NCBI GenBank assembly: GCA_964487345.1 | Contig: CAZAQN010000012.1 | Coordinates: 26,822 to 90,821 of the forward strand | From: an uncultured Terracidiphilus sp. | Lineage (GTDB): Bacteria > Acidobacteriota > Terriglobia > Terriglobales > Acidobacteriaceae | DNA: 64,000 nucleotides | Reading direction: 5' to 3' | Shown here: positions 54,752 to 62,808 of the stretch, piece after piece | Layout of the letters: every line of letters begins with the position of its first letter | Position numbering within the stretch: position 1 is the stretch's first letter | Position numbers and translations under genes: made by a program | The notes under the pieces: model-generated | Database searches by the model: none | What the model was told of the DNA's origin: nothing | What the model saw: the letters and a program-made list of their open reading frames with translations, nothing else

Positions 54752-56776
54752 ATGCCCGACTTTATTTACCTTCTCGAAAACAGGCTATCGGCCAACCAGA
54801 AGCACGCCCTCCACCAGCTGCGTGAAGTCGCTCGCGAAGCTGGCCTTATCCTCTTTCTCACCGGCGACGCCGTCCGCGATCTGACCAGCGGGCACGCTGT
54901 GCGCGATCTTGAAGTAGCAGTTCATGGCAATGCTCTCAAGTTAAAGAAAGCAATTGAGAAACTTGACGGGAAGCTTTGGGGCGAGGACGAAGCCTCTCGT
55001 TCTCTCTATCTTTGTTTTCCTGGCACAGTTCGTGTTGACCTCGTCAGCACGCACCGTCTCGAGTACCCCAAGCCCGGCAAACCCGTGTTTCACCCCGCCT
55101 CGATTCAGGAAGACCTGCGACGCCGCGATTTTACTGTCAATGCGATGGCCATTTCTCTCAATGAGGGCTCGTACGGTCTGCTGATGGATCCTCTAAACGG
55201 TGCTGCCGACATCGAAGCTCGGACCTTGCGGCTGGTGTCAAACTACGGGTTTCTCGAAGATCCCGCGCTCCTGATCCGCGCAACTCGCTATCGCGCGCGC
55301 CTCGGATGGGAACTCGATCCGAGAACGCAATCCCGCTTTGAGAATGCAAAGGAAGAGGGTGTAATCGAGTATCTTTCGGCGCATGCGCGCAGCCAGGAAC
55401 TCGAGCAGATCGGACACGAAGACGACGGATTGAGAATACTCACCGCCTTCGAATCTGAGGGTTGGATGAAGGTGCTTTTCCCCGCATGGACGCCCGCCAA
55501 AGCCGATGAAGAAAAGCTGAAAGCGCTGCATAATCTCCTGGCTGAACTGCAGATCCAGGGAGTGCATCCGGATATGTCTGCGGCGCAGATGCAATTGCTC
55601 ACCGCGAAGCTACCTTCGAAAGAGGTAGCGGCTTTGAAGAAGCTATTGCTTCGCCCGGGTTTCGTGGAGGAATGGAACAGCCTTGACGCCTTGGCAGCTG
55701 GTTTTTCGAAGGTGTTGCTGGCCAAGCAAAATCTGACGCCTTCGGCAAGCTTCAAGCTCTTTACGAGCTATGATCCAGAAGCGGTTCTCTGGCTTGGTTT
55801 TACTTCGACTGCGGCAGCCGTTAAAGAACGCTATGACCAGTTCTTGAGAGTTTGGCCGGAGGCAAAGCAGCGCATCCCGAACGCGCTTATGCAGGAGATG
55901 CGCATCACCCCGGACCTCCCTACCTACGGCGAGATCGTCCACAAGGTTTTCCTCGAGCTGATTGATGGCCACTTGACCACTCCTGAAGAAACACGGACCT
56001 TCCTCGAGCCGTATTCTCCGCCGGCGCCGCCGCCGCAGATCACGATCAAGCGTTCACGTGCCAAGCGGGGTGCCGAGCCAAAGGTGAAGGAGCGCTCCTT
56101 TGACGAAGACGAGGAGGAGGCAGGGTCGGAGGATGAGCCTGAACTGGACGAGATCGGCGGGGACGAAGAAGAGATAGACCTCGGGATTCCGAAGCTGGAA
56201 TTGGAAGCGGAACTTGGTGAGGACGTCGAGGCCGACGAAGACGAGGAAGAGGCCGAGGACGAAGTCGAAGACGAACCCGCTCCTCGAGGCGGCAAGAAGG
56301 GATCTGGCGCTCCGAAGGCGGCCAAAGCGACGCAAACCCCTGCGGCGAAACCAGCAAAGCAAACCGCCAGACAAGCTACGCCAAAATCCACGCAAGCGGA
56401 GAAGGTTGCACCAAAGCCCGAGTCGAAGCCTGCCGCAAAGCCCGTTTCCGCGAATCTGGTTCCAGCAACAAAGCCGACAACTCCTGCGGCTAAGGCCAAC
56501 AAGCCGCAACCGCCGCCCCAAGCGAAAAAGCCATTGCCTCCAGCAAAGTCCGCCAAGGCCGTGCCTGCTCCAAAAGCAGCGCCGAAAAGTGCGCCCGCCA
56601 AACCTGCGGCCAAACCACCTGTAAAAGCTGTGACCAAGGCGAAAGCTAAAGCGCCGGCTAAGGCCGCCTCCAAAGCAGCGCCGGTAAAAAAGAAGGCCGC
56701 GCCCGCGGCCAAGACGACGAAGGCTGCCAAGCCTCCGTTGAAGAAACCTACGCACAAGGGAGCGAAGAAACGCTAG
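54752..56776 (+). CDS. CCA-adding enzyme / poly(A) polymerase-family nucleotidyltransferase with long acidic-then-basic disordered C-terminus
   Basis: Head-domain motifs LTGDAVRDL...RDLEVAV and RRDFTVNAMA. The last about 270 aa comprise a D/E-rich block followed by A/K/P-rich repeats. Confidence 0.8.
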   Translation: MPDFIYLLENRLSANQKHALHQLREVAREAGLILFLTGDAVRDLTSGHAVRDLEVAVHGNALKLKKAIEKLDGKLWGEDEASRSLYLCFPGTVRVDLVSTHRLEYPKPGKPVFHPASIQEDLRRRDFTVNAMAISLNEGSYGLLMDPLNGAADIEARTLRLVSNYGFLEDPALLIRATRYRARLGWELDPRTQSRFENAKEEGVIEYLSAHARSQELEQIGHEDDGLRILTAFESEGWMKVLFPAWTPAKADEEKLKALHNLLAELQIQGVHPDMSAAQMQLLTAKLPSKEVAALKKLLLRPGFVEEWNSLDALAAGFSKVLLAKQNLTPSASFKLFTSYDPEAVLWLGFTSTAAAVKERYDQFLRVWPEAKQRIPNALMQEMRITPDLPTYGEIVHKVFLELIDGHLTTPEETRTFLEPYSPPAPPPQITIKRSRAKRGAEPKVKERSFDEDEEEAGSEDEPELDEIGGDEEEIDLGIPKLELEAELGEDVEADEDEEEAEDEVEDEPAPRGGKKGSGAPKAAKATQTPAAKPAKQTARQATPKSTQAEKVAPKPESKPAAKPVSANLVPATKPTTPAAKANKPQPPPQAKKPLPPAKSAKAVPAPKAAPKSAPAKPAAKPPVKAVTKAKAKAPAKAASKAAPVKKKAAPAAKTTKAAKPPLKKPTHKGAKKR

Positions 56777-56817
56777 CCTTTGTGGGCAAGGTAGTTGTGC
56801 ATCCCGCGCAGCCAACC

Positions 56818-56897
56818 TGACGTGATATGTTCAGGGCATTCCGGAGGGCAACCTTGACGTGATATGTTCAGGGCATTCCGGAGGGCAACCTTGACGT
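56818..56897 (+). repeat. perfect 37-nt tandem duplication (2.16 copies) spanning the start codon of the downstream gene
   Basis: tgacgtgatatgttcagggcattccggagggcaacct occurs at 56818-56854 and 56855-56891, then tgacgt. Checked base by base. Confidence 0.95.
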
Positions 56898-58372
56898 TTG
56901 TCGGACTTCCTCGCGATATCTCTGTTTGCTTGCTCTCGTTGGCGATTGTTGCCGCGCCACTACCCGCCTCTGCTGCTGATCCGGGAAGCGCAGCCACGGC
57001 CATCCCAGCCGTTTCGGCTAGAGAGACTTCGGACGCCCGCCTCAACAAGGCGTACAAATTCAATGAGGGCGGATGGACGTATGTTCATCTCGAAGGCACG
57101 CCGGAACAGGTGGGGTTCCAGCACGGCTATCTGCTGGCTCGCGAGATCGAGGACAACGTCCATGTCTACACGGTGACTTCGCCGCACCAGGACAAGCGCC
57201 CGTGGACCTTCTTTCGCGAGGCGGCAGAGACGGTTCTGTGGCCGCACATCGATCCCGAGTACCAGGCGGAGTTAAAGGGAATTGTTGAGGGTCTGCAGGC
57301 GCAGGGCTCGACGCTCGATCTGTGGGACATTGTGGCGCTTAATGGCGATATTGAATTGAGCAACTACTACTTGCCGACGGTCAACAAGGCTGAAGGCAAA
57401 CCGAATCCTCCGGCAGCGGTAGCGCCGGGAAAATGTAGTGCCTTTGTCGCCACGGGATCCGCGACCAGGGATGGAAAGATCGTGATCGCGCACAGCAACT
57501 GGTCCTCCTACGCGGAGGGCGAGCGCTGGACCGTGGTGTTTGATATTGTGCCGGCCAAAGGGCAGCGCATCCTGATGGATGGATTACCGGGGGTAATTAC
57601 GAGTCAGGACGACTTCGGTGTGAACGCTGCCGGACTGATGATCACGGAGACCACGCTGCCCATGATGCGGGGCTTCGATGTGAATGGGATTCCGGAGTTT
57701 GAGCGGTCGCGCAAGGCCATGCAGTATGCGACGTCGATCGATGAATATGCCGCAATCATGCGCGAAGGCAACAACGGGGGCTATGCGAACTCGTGGCTGA
57801 TTGGCGATCGCAAGACGGGCGAGATTGGATACCTGGAACTGGGTCTGCATCACACGCCTCTGACGAAGAAGAAGGATGGTTATTTCGTTTCGTCGAATTT
57901 CGCCGCAGACCCTGCACTGATTCGCGACGATACGCGCGGATTTAATCCGAACGACCCCGAGAGCTCGATGAATGCCCGGCATATTCGTGCGGAGCAGTTT
58001 GTAAAGGAACACTACGGCAAGCTCGACACCGCGCTGGCGGAGGCCTATCTCTCCGATCACTATGACAGCTTCGAGCACAAGATCGACGCCGGCAAGCGCA
58101 GCCTGTGCGGGCACGAAGATACATCGCCAGTGGGCGAGAAGGTCTGGGGCGACGCGCCTCACGAGCCCGGTGGTGCGGTGACAGGCAAGGTGATGGACTC
58201 GGATATGGCGGCAAAGCTGAGCTTCACGGGCAGAGCGGGGCATCCATGTGGCGATGATTTCCTGGCTGCGCCGTTTCTTGCCGCGCATCCTGAGTTCGCG
58301 TGGCAGAAGCCGATCTTGCGCGACATGAAGGCCGGTCCGTGGACCACGTTCTCCGCCGGCGAGAAGCCCTGA
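56864..58372 (+). CDS. Ntn-hydrolase, phospholipase B-like / C45-type (tentative)
   Basis: Signal peptide. ...GKCSAFVATGSATRDGKIVIAHSNWSSY resembles the Cys-nucleophile segment of PLB-like/C45 Ntn hydrolases. Confidence 0.6.
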   Translation: MFRAFRRATLTFVGLPRDISVCLLSLAIVAAPLPASAADPGSAATAIPAVSARETSDARLNKAYKFNEGGWTYVHLEGTPEQVGFQHGYLLAREIEDNVHVYTVTSPHQDKRPWTFFREAAETVLWPHIDPEYQAELKGIVEGLQAQGSTLDLWDIVALNGDIELSNYYLPTVNKAEGKPNPPAAVAPGKCSAFVATGSATRDGKIVIAHSNWSSYAEGERWTVVFDIVPAKGQRILMDGLPGVITSQDDFGVNAAGLMITETTLPMMRGFDVNGIPEFERSRKAMQYATSIDEYAAIMREGNNGGYANSWLIGDRKTGEIGYLELGLHHTPLTKKKDGYFVSSNFAADPALIRDDTRGFNPNDPESSMNARHIRAEQFVKEHYGKLDTALAEAYLSDHYDSFEHKIDAGKRSLCGHEDTSPVGEKVWGDAPHEPGGAVTGKVMDSDMAAKLSFTGRAGHPCGDDFLAAPFLAAHPEFAWQKPILRDMKAGPWTTFSAGEKP

Positions 58373-58389
58373 GTTAGGCCGTCATAGGC

Positions 58390-59424
58390 TTACGTCGTCA
58401 CAGCCAGAGGTTGGGAGCAAGCTTCCTCGACCACGGTCCGGAGCGAATCGATCACCCGATCCGGCTGGTCGAGGTGAATCCAATGCCCGCTCTGGGGCAC
58501 GATGACCTGCCGCACATTTTCGCCGATCCGACCCAAGCATTCGTCCGACAGGGGCTTCGATTTGTCCGGCGTCAGCACGAGCACCGGGATCGAGCGAATG
58601 GGCTCGGCATTCAGCATCTCCCGCACCGAGTCGGGGACGGATTTCACGTGATGGCGCATGCCCGCATAAAAATCGGGCCGGGACCAATGCGCGGCGACCA
58701 CCGGCCAAACCTCCCGCGGCATTTTTCCGATCTCCTCGTGCACACGGCCCAGCACATGCCGGGCGCCATGCCCGCCTGCCCCGGCGAGCAATCGCGAAGC
58801 ACGGCCCGAGCGGCGCAGCAGGGAAGTCACAGCCAACCGCGCCAAGCCCATGTGCGCAATCGGAATCGCATAGCCTGAGAGCCTGTTTCCCAGATCGACT
58901 TCGGCCTGCCGGCTCGGATTCACTGGAGGCCACTCGTCGCAACGCATCGGATCGACCAGGACCAGGCTCGCTACGTCGTCGGGATACGAAAGCGCAAAAC
59001 GGCGCATCACTAATCCGCCGAAGGAGTGCCCCACGAGAATGTACGGTGGCCTGATCACTGCCCGCTCGAGCATTGCGTGCAGCTCAGAGGCAATGTTCGC
59101 GGGCGTGCGCGCGCTGCGGCAGGGACTGCTCCAACCTAGCCCTCCGCGGTCATACGAAGCGGTCGCAGTAAATCGCGAAACGGCCTGCTGAATCAGAAAC
59201 CAGTTCAGGTTGGTCGCAGCAATGCCCGATTCAAAAATGACCGTTTGGCCCTGGCCGGCTGTTCCCTTTTCGATCAGATAAAGTCGCCGGCCGCCGCCGA
59301 TGTCCACCCATCGCCCGTCGCCTGTAAAGCGCAAGCGATCGCGACGTGCACCTAACCATTGATAAAGGAAACCCACGAATGCCAGACCGAAGACGAAACC
59401 CACGGACAATACGATCAAATTCAT
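58390..59424 (-). CDS. alpha/beta hydrolase with N-terminal membrane anchor
   Basis: Nucleophile elbow GHSFGG and an N-terminal TM helix (MNLIVLSVGFVFGLAFVGFLY). Start at ATG 59422-59424. Confidence 0.85.
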   Translation of the reverse strand: MNLIVLSVGFVFGLAFVGFLYQWLGARRDRLRFTGDGRWVDIGGGRRLYLIEKGTAGQGQTVIFESGIAATNLNWFLIQQAVSRFTATASYDRGGLGWSSPCRSARTPANIASELHAMLERAVIRPPYILVGHSFGGLVMRRFALSYPDDVASLVLVDPMRCDEWPPVNPSRQAEVDLGNRLSGYAIPIAHMGLARLAVTSLLRRSGRASRLLAGAGGHGARHVLGRVHEEIGKMPREVWPVVAAHWSRPDFYAGMRHHVKSVPDSVREMLNAEPIRSIPVLVLTPDKSKPLSDECLGRIGENVRQVIVPQSGHWIHLDQPDRVIDSLRTVVEEACSQPLAVTT

Positions 59425-59980
59425 AGGCACCCTTGTGCTGCCATAGATCAGCCGAGGCCCTAGGTCCTCGTTCTGAATTGGGCGGGGAAGACCGTGAACG
59501 CAGTTTATCTGCTGCCCGCGCACGGTGTCTATGGAGGGTTTCGAGTCCTGTTGGGGACTGCAACTCATTTGTAAACGATGTGAATTTGAGTTTCCGTAGC
59601 CGGGCAGGCCACATGCAAAAGTGCCTGTCTAAATCCGGGTGCGCCAAGGCCTACGGGCGGATTGTTGGCAAAGCCGAAACCCTCCTTCGGCCAGCCAAAC
59701 GCGTTGCGCAAATTGTCCCCATGGATGCGAAGGCGTACAACCTCGCGCCATTGTCGCGGCCCATGCCGTCGGACGAGCGCTGAACATTGCCCCGCCCGTC
59801 AAAAGGAATACGGGAACAATCCGAGCGAGGCTCTTCATGGCACACGGAAATGCAGGGACGAGAAACCGCCCCTGCTGTTGTTGGATCGCAGGCATGATCC
59901 GTTTTACGCTGCTTCGAACCCCCGCATGAATTTGCCCAATTGCACGCAGATCCGAATCCATTTGTCGAAAAGAAGAGGCC

Positions 59981-60319
59981 TTAGTAACGCCCTCGTCCGC
60001 GGGCGCTGCCTGCTCCTCCGCCACTGCTGCCTTTTCGCGCCTGGTAGCAATCGCGGCAGAATACAGGCCGGTCGCCGCGCGGCTCAAAAGGAACAGTCGT
60101 TGGCTGGCCGCAGCCCGAGCAGATCACAGGCGTACCCTGTGCAGGAGCCGAACGATAGCCGCCGCCGGAACCCCCCTGGTCGTTTTTCTTTGCCATTCGG
60201 CATGGCTTGCAGCGTTTTGGTGTCGAATAACCACGTTCCTGAAAGAACGCCTGATCTGCAGCGGTGAAGGTAAAGTCCTGCCCGCAGTCGCTGCAAGTGA
60301 GCTGAATATCTCCTGCCAT
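59981..60319 (-). CDS. zinc-ribbon protein with CxxC-x17-CxxC module and Gly/Arg-rich tail
   Basis: CSDCGQDFTF...CKPC, then CSGC-(17 aa)-CRDC. ATG 60317-60319 is preceded by GAGGAA. Confidence 0.8.
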   Translation of the reverse strand: MAGDIQLTCSDCGQDFTFTAADQAFFQERGYSTPKRCKPCRMAKKNDQGGSGGGYRSAPAQGTPVICSGCGQPTTVPFEPRGDRPVFCRDCYQARKGSSGGGAGSARGRGRY

Positions 60320-60511
60320 GGGGTTTCCTCGTGCGGAGATTGTACCGCCCATTTGAACAATTTTGAATAAGGAATGTATTTAGAACGTAAAACTTACCCC
60401 GAGACCTCATCTGATGCTTTAAGTTTCATGACAGTCTGGAGTGGCTCGCACGCTATATTCGTTCAGTAAGTTTCGGGCTCACAGGATTGGCCCAGTTACT
60501 TCAATAGCAAT

Positions 60512-61138
60512 ATGCCGGCGAACCCAGAACTCGAGGCTGAATGCATCCGCCGGGTCATCGCCGGAGAGCGCCATCTCTTCCACGATCTGATTCGCCCTTG
60601 CGAGCGATCCATCTACCTCCTGCTGCTCTCGTTGCTCAAGAACGAAGCCGAAGCGGAGGACGCAGCGCAGGAAACTGCGATCAAGGTCTATCTGAACTTG
60701 CATCTTTTTCGAGGTGAAGCACAGTTCCGCACCTGGGTGCTATCCATCGCACGAAACGAGGCGCTCAGCCGCCTGCGCAAGCAGGGAATCCGCCGCGAGG
60801 AATCGCTCGATGCCGCGAGCGACGATCAGTCGGGCGACTATACGCCGGCCATCCTCACTAGTTGGCGCGAAGTCCCAACCGCAGCGCTTGAACAAAAGGA
60901 GCTTGGCGCCCTTCTTCGCAAGGCAATCGAGGGGTTGCCGGAGATTTACCGTAACATTGTGCTCCTCCGAGACATCGAAGAGATGGACATCCGCGAGACA
61001 GCAACCGCCCTCGGCATCAGCGAGGGAGCAGTGAAAGTCCGGCTGCATCGGGCTCGCGCAATGCTTCAGAGGGAGCTGGCCCCGCAATTGAAAGCGTTTG
61101 CACCCAAGCGCAGAGGTCTCTTGTGGGGGCGCGCATGA
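60512..61138 (+). CDS. ECF (group IV) RNA polymerase sigma factor
   Basis: Region 2 (...AEDAAQETAIKVY...FRTWVLSIARNEALSRLRK) and region 4 HTH (...MDIRETATALGISEGAVKVRLHRAR). Confidence 0.92.
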   Translation: MPANPELEAECIRRVIAGERHLFHDLIRPCERSIYLLLLSLLKNEAEAEDAAQETAIKVYLNLHLFRGEAQFRTWVLSIARNEALSRLRKQGIRREESLDAASDDQSGDYTPAILTSWREVPTAALEQKELGALLRKAIEGLPEIYRNIVLLRDIEEMDIRETATALGISEGAVKVRLHRARAMLQRELAPQLKAFAPKRRGLLWGRA

Positions 61139-61380
61139 GAATCGACTGCAAACACGTCTGGCAGCACATCTCCGCTTACATCGAGGGGGAGGTAGACGCA
61201 ACTATGCGCGCCGAGATCGACAAGCATCTCGAGACCTGCGAGATCTGCTCCGCAGTGCTGGACTCCACACGCAATGTCGTCATCCTCTTGGCCGACGACC
61301 GCGTCTTTGAGCTACCGGCCGGGTTTCGCCAGCGCCTCCATGAACGCATCGACAGAGCGTTACAAAGTGGCAGCTCATAG
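61135..61380 (+). CDS. soluble zinc-binding anti-sigma factor (ZAS, RsrA-like)
   Basis: 81 aa with no TM segment. Residues C5...H31-x3-C35-x2-C38. Its ATG overlaps the sigma-factor stop (ATGA at 61135-61138). Confidence 0.8.
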   Translation: MRIDCKHVWQHISAYIEGEVDATMRAEIDKHLETCEICSAVLDSTRNVVILLADDRVFELPAGFRQRLHERIDRALQSGSS

Positions 61381-61479
61381 TTAATACTTAATCAACACAA
61401 GAAACTCTTCAAGTTCCACCAGCGGTAAACAAACCATTCTGCGTTTCACATTCTTCAGCCCGATTCTTTGCCTCGCCTT

Positions 61480-62091
61480 TCATGCGAGAGAATTTTCACT
61501 TTCCGCTACGATCCCTGCATCTCTTCCACTCTCGCGCTGCTTCAGCTGAAATGCATGCGAGCTTGCCTCAGAATGTCTCGCCAGGGAAAAAGCGGCTCGG
61601 ACGCGCATCTCCGAAACATTGTGCGGAAAGACAGCGCCAGGCGGCGGCCCCGTCCGATGCACCATCGGATGAGTCCACGTCTCGAGCCCCACCAGGATCA
61701 GGGTCAGAATCGCCATCGCTATCTGCAGTTTTTCGCTTCGCTTTTCCTTCGCGCTCAACTCGCGCCTGCGCCACTGTGCCGAGGGCCGTGAACGGAGATG
61801 CCGGATCCAAGCCAACACCGCCAAATTCACAATCGCGCCAACCGTTGCCAGAATCAGCATGGGAATGCGAATCGCATCCTGATGAAAGCCTTTCGCCGGC
61901 GCATAGATGCCGCTGGCGGCTGCTAGGGCTGACAATCCAATCGCCACACGAATCCCGCTGATAGTGAGGACCGCGGTGCACAGGCTTTGCGCAATCGCGA
62001 CAATCAGGCCCGCGCCACCAATAGCGGTCCAACTTCTTGAATTCACCGGCAACCTCCCATCGCCAACCCGCATTTTGCGTGATAGGCTCAA
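61480..62091 (-). CDS. hypothetical membrane protein (about 4 TM)
   Basis: Four hydrophobic helices. The C-terminal about 50 aa look non-membrane. No family recognised. Overlapping opposite-strand ORFs make the call moderate. Confidence 0.45.
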   Translation of the reverse strand: MSLSRKMRVGDGRLPVNSRSWTAIGGAGLIVAIAQSLCTAVLTISGIRVAIGLSALAAASGIYAPAKGFHQDAIRIPMLILATVGAIVNLAVLAWIRHLRSRPSAQWRRRELSAKEKRSEKLQIAMAILTLILVGLETWTHPMVHRTGPPPGAVFPHNVSEMRVRAAFSLARHSEASSHAFQLKQRESGRDAGIVAESENSLA

Positions 62092-62361
62092 TCAGCTTAA
62101 GGCCTCTCGGGCCGATTCAAGAACCTGAGGCCAACTCGGTAAACTTCCGACCAATCCAATTGCCGCTGAGGCCCGTTCATCCAGCAAAGGGCCCGGAGCG
62201 AAGAAATTCATTTTCACTGGCACCCTTTTCGCTGTAACCTTTCGCCCGTGCAGCCACTCTTTGTGTGCGTGCCACGGAAAGTGCTGGATCGTTCCCTTGG
62301 TCCCGCATCGCCGCAAACGGCGGAGATCCTCCGCCCCAAACCCCAAGCGAGGTCAATCCAA

Positions 62362-62661
62362 ATGAAGAACCAATTCAATGCTCTGCTGCTTTCCGCAGCT
62401 CTCTCCGGTCTGGTTGGCGGAACTGTCGCGGCTCATGCGGCCACACCAGGAACCACGGCGAACGGCACCTCGGCCAAGGCAGTCAAGGCCGGCCTGCGCT
62501 ACACCAGCCAGGACACCACCAAGCACTCCTGTAAAGGCAAAAACGACTGTAAAGGCCAGGGCGGCTGCAAGTCGAGCGACAACGGCTGCAAAGGCAAGAA
62601 CAGCTGCAAAGGCAAGGGCGGCTGCGCAACCGACGGCTCCAAGATGCCGAAGCTGGTCTAA
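62362..62661 (+). CDS. Sec-exported Cys-rich RiPP precursor candidate (bufferin BufA2 / 6-Cys type-like)
   Basis: ATG 62362 gives MKNQFNALLLSAALSGLVGGTVAAHA|ATPG... (AxA cleavage site). The core is HSCKGKNDCKGQGGCKSSDNGCKGKNSCKGKGGCATDGSKMPKLV. Located immediately upstream of the DUF692/DUF2063 genes. Confidence 0.8.
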   Translation: MKNQFNALLLSAALSGLVGGTVAAHAATPGTTANGTSAKAVKAGLRYTSQDTTKHSCKGKNDCKGQGGCKSSDNGCKGKNSCKGKGGCATDGSKMPKLV

Positions 62662-62766
62662 CTCCACAAGGACCGGCCGCGGGCGTATTCACCAATTCAA
62701 GTTTCTGAATCCTCCCTCGGCCGATCCCACTTTCACCCCTGACGAGTCGTAACTTTACACCGGCTT

Positions 62767-62794
62767 CTGTTCCCCATTCCCTGATCCCTGTTCC
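62767..62794 (-). repeat. tandem heptamer array (GGAAYAG-like)x4, between precursor and MNIO genes
   Basis: Plus strand reads ctgttcc ccattcc ctgatcc ctgttcc (then ctgagtc), ending 14 nt before the DUF692 ATG. It is the reverse complement of the array family at 19523..19550. Confidence 0.8.
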
Positions 62795-62808
62795 CTGAGT
62801 CTTTATCC

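Noticed and set aside
55924-56815. 277-aa and 253-aa minus-strand ORFs opposite the nucleotidyltransferase tail
   Set aside because: They are the mirror image of the A/K/P and D/E repeat DNA, giving Gly/Ala/Phe or Arg/Leu low complexity. No start context. The sense frame is continuous with a motif-supported enzyme.
59569-59980. ORFs in the about 410-nt gap between the alpha/beta hydrolase and the zinc-ribbon gene (152 aa minus with an internal signal-like MKSLARIVPVFLL..., 201 aa plus, 96 aa plus)
   Set aside because: They overlap one another. They have no RBS, and their Arg/Trp/Cys-rich tails look non-coding. Left unannotated; the region may simply be promoter or leader sequence.
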